Source: an uncultured Spirochaetota bacterium (lineage in GTDB: Bacteria; Spirochaetota; Spirochaetia; SZUA-6; CAVTHK01). From it: a DNA stretch of 64,000 bases. The notes below the pieces were generated by a model that was given only the letters and a program-made list of their open reading frames with translations, searched no databases and was not told where the DNA came from. The stretch lies in contig CAVTHK010000001.1 in the NCBI GenBank assembly GCA_963734495.1, positions 448,001 through 512,000 of the forward strand, given 5' to 3'. The translations under genes were made by a program, and so were the position numbers. Below are positions 61,661 through 64,000 of this stretch, piece after piece; position 1 is the first letter of the stretch, and each line of letters begins with the position of its first letter.

Positions 61661-64000
61661 TCAGGCCGAGAGCCTCGCGTCCTCCGCGTCGGCTCCCTCC
61701 ACCGGCGCCGCGCGACGGTCGATCCTCCGGCGAATCGCCTCCGGCAGGTCCGCGAGGGCGTAGTACAGAACGGGCACCACCACGAGCGTGAGCACGGTCG
61801 CAAAGGCGAGGCCGAAGATCACGACCACGCCCATTCCGCTCCACCATGTCCCGCTTTCCGCGCCGAGGGTGACAAAATGCTTCAGGTCGCCCCTGGTGAG
61901 CCCGATGAAGTCGATCGTGATCCCGGTGCTGAGGGGGATCAGCCCGAGGACGGTCGTGATCGCCGTGAGGAGAACGGGGCGAAGGCGCGTGCGGCCCGCC
62001 TTGACGATGGCCGCGAGCTTCTCCACTCCTGAGTCACGGAGCTGGCGCGTGTACTCGAGCAGCACGATGGCGTTGTTGACCACGACGCCCGCCAGCGAGA
62101 TGACGCCGATCCCGGTCATGATGATGCCGAAGGGCTTGAAGGTGACGAGGAGCCCCAGGAAGGCGCCAAAGAGGGACAGCGGCACCGCGGCCATCACCAC
62201 CAGCGGCACGGTGATCGAGTTGAACTGGGCCACCAGGACGAGAAAGATCAGCATCAAAGCGAGGAGAAACGCGCGGCTGAGGAACTCCATGGCCTTCTGC
62301 TGCTCCTCGTCCTGCCCCGCGAAGGCGACGGTGTAGCCCTCGGGCGGCTGGTACGACGCGAGACGCCTCTGGGCGTCGGCAAGCACCTCCGCGGAGCTGC
62401 GGCCCGCGGCGTCGGCCCCCACCGTGATCGTGCGCTCTCCGTCCACGTGGTTGACGCTGCTCAGGCCCGTAGCCAGATCCACGGTCGCGAGATTGGCAAG
62501 GGGAAGGTGCGTGCCCTCCTGGAACACCGTGAGGTCGAGAATGTCGCCGTATGCGCGCCGGTAGTCCTTGTCGAATCGCACGACGATGTCGTACTCGTCC
62601 GTTCCGACGCGGTACTTGGAGGCCACGGTCCCGTTGACCGCGGTCCGGACCGTGGTGGCGATCTTTGTCGGGCTGACGCCGCCGATTCCCGCCTTGCCGC
62701 GGTCGATGCGCACACGAAGCTCGGGGCGGCCCTGCTCGTAGTCGTCGTCGAGCTTGGTGAGGCCCGGCACGTCCTTGATGCGCGCCTGGACCTCCTCGGC
62801 CATCTTCGAGAGGACGGCAAAGTCGGCGCCCTTGAGGCGCACCTGGACCGCGCGACCGGTGGGCGGACCCTCCTCGGGCTTGCTCACGTCTATGCGGACC
62901 CCGGGGATGCCCTGGAGCCCGGCCCTCACCTGCTCCAGGGTGAGCAGCGAGCTCTGCGTGCGGTCGGCCTTGTCGACCATGTCGATCGTGACCCGCGACT
63001 TGTGGGGAGTGCCGCCGCCCGTGCCGAAGTCGAACATGTCGCCCGAGGTCCCGACACTGGCCAGCATGTTGCGCACGTCGGGAGTCCCCTGGAGGCGCCG
63101 CTCGATCTCGCGGACCGCGGCGTCCGAAACATCCAGGCGCGTGCCGAGCGGCGCCTCCACGTCGACGTAGATCTGGGCGGGGTCCATGGTGGGAAAGAAC
63201 TCCACGCCGTGGTTGAACAACCCAAAGACGACCATCATGGCGGCAAAGGCGCCCAGCGTCAGCAGCAGGAAGCCCCGCCTGCGCCCCCGGGAGGCCAGCA
63301 GCCACGCCAGCATCCTTTCGTAGCGGCCGCCCCAGCGCTGCAGGAGGACGTCGCCGAGCATGTTCTTGCCGTCGCCCTGGTGCCTGATGAACACGGAGGA
63401 GAGGACCGGGTTGATCGTCAGGGCCACCAGGAGCGAGCAGGACAGGGTGATGATCAGCGTGATCGGGAGCACCTTCATGAAGCCGCCGATGATCCCCGGC
63501 CAGAAGATCATGGGGGCAAAGGCCACGAGTGTGGTCAGCGTGGAGGTGATCACGGGGATCGCCACCTCGGCGCTCGCGTCGCGGGCCGCCTGCAGCAGAG
63601 GTTTGCCCTCGTGGTGCTGGCGGTAGATGTTCTCCACGACGACGATCGCGTTGTCGACGAGCATGCCGAGGGCGAGGATCAGCGAGTAGAGGGTGATCAT
63701 GTTCAGGCTGTACCCCAGCGCGCCCAGCACGAGGTAGGTCATGAACATGGACAGGGGGACGGCGATCCCGACCAGGAGCCCGTTGCGGGCGCCCATAAAG
63801 AAGTAGAGCACGCCCACCACGAGAAGCAGGCCCGCGATGATGTTGTTGTTCAGGTCGCTGACCATGAGCCGGATGTCGCGCGAGAAGTCCGCGACGACGA
63901 CGTCCTTGACTCCCGCGGGAAAGGTGCGCCTCTCGTTTTCCAGCAGCGCTTTGACGCCGTCTGCGAGAGCGAGGATGTTCTCCCCGGTGCGCTTCTGGAC
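61661..64000 (-). CDS. RND efflux permease (AcrB/AcrD/AcrF family), 5' partial
   Basis: GMLVDNAIVVVENI, GVVVNNAIVL, RLRPVLLT, GLIPL; frame open to the window edge. Confidence 0.94.
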   Translation of the reverse strand, partial: VQKRTGENILALADGVKALLENERRTFPAGVKDVVVADFSRDIRLMVSDLNNNIIAGLLLVVGVLYFFMGARNGLLVGIAVPLSMFMTYLVLGALGYSLNMITLYSLILALGMLVDNAIVVVENIYRQHHEGKPLLQAARDASAEVAIPVITSTLTTLVAFAPMIFWPGIIGGFMKVLPITLIITLSCSLLVALTINPVLSSVFIRHQGDGKNMLGDVLLQRWGGRYERMLAWLLASRGRRRGFLLLTLGAFAAMMVVFGLFNHGVEFFPTMDPAQIYVDVEAPLGTRLDVSDAAVREIERRLQGTPDVRNMLASVGTSGDMFDFGTGGGTPHKSRVTIDMVDKADRTQSSLLTLEQVRAGLQGIPGVRIDVSKPEEGPPTGRAVQVRLKGADFAVLSKMAEEVQARIKDVPGLTKLDDDYEQGRPELRVRIDRGKAGIGGVSPTKIATTVRTAVNGTVASKYRVGTDEYDIVVRFDKDYRRAYGDILDLTVFQEGTHLPLANLATVDLATGLSSVNHVDGERTITVGADAAGRSSAEVLADAQRRLASYQPPEGYTVAFAGQDEEQQKAMEFLSRAFLLALMLIFLVLVAQFNSITVPLVVMAAVPLSLFGAFLGLLVTFKPFGIIMTGIGVISLAGVVVNNAIVLLEYTRQLRDSGVEKLAAIVKAGRTRLRPVLLTAITTVLGLIPLSTGITIDFIGLTRGDLKHFVTLGAESGTWWSGMGVVVIFGLAFATVLTLVVVPVLYYALADLPEAIRRRIDRRAAPVEGADAEDARLSA

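Overview
A very GC-rich bacterial chromosomal window. The solute-binding-protein signal peptides suggest a Spirochaetota-like organism (inference only). It holds about 60 CDS: several sugar, amino-acid and nucleoside ABC importers with catabolic enzymes of unknown substrate, a complete nine-gene coproporphyrin-dependent heme operon (hemQ-E-H-Y-A-C-D-B-L), an ATP-dependent DNA ligase, a TMEM175 K+ channel and a partial RND pump. I saw no rRNA, tRNA, CRISPR array or transposase. Seven genes each carry one extra base, most likely from sequencing errors. The most unusual items are: (i) a small ribbon-helix-helix-like gene (35786-35995) whose leader is a 48-bp-period duplication built from CCAAGTC heptads, next to a truncated FAD-oxidase and a DUF1801 gene; (ii) a compact PRMT-like methyltransferase; (iii) the heme operon with an atypical HemQ; (iv) a probable ATC start codon; (v) many apparently leaderless genes. 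All product calls come from motif recognition by eye; no database search was run.
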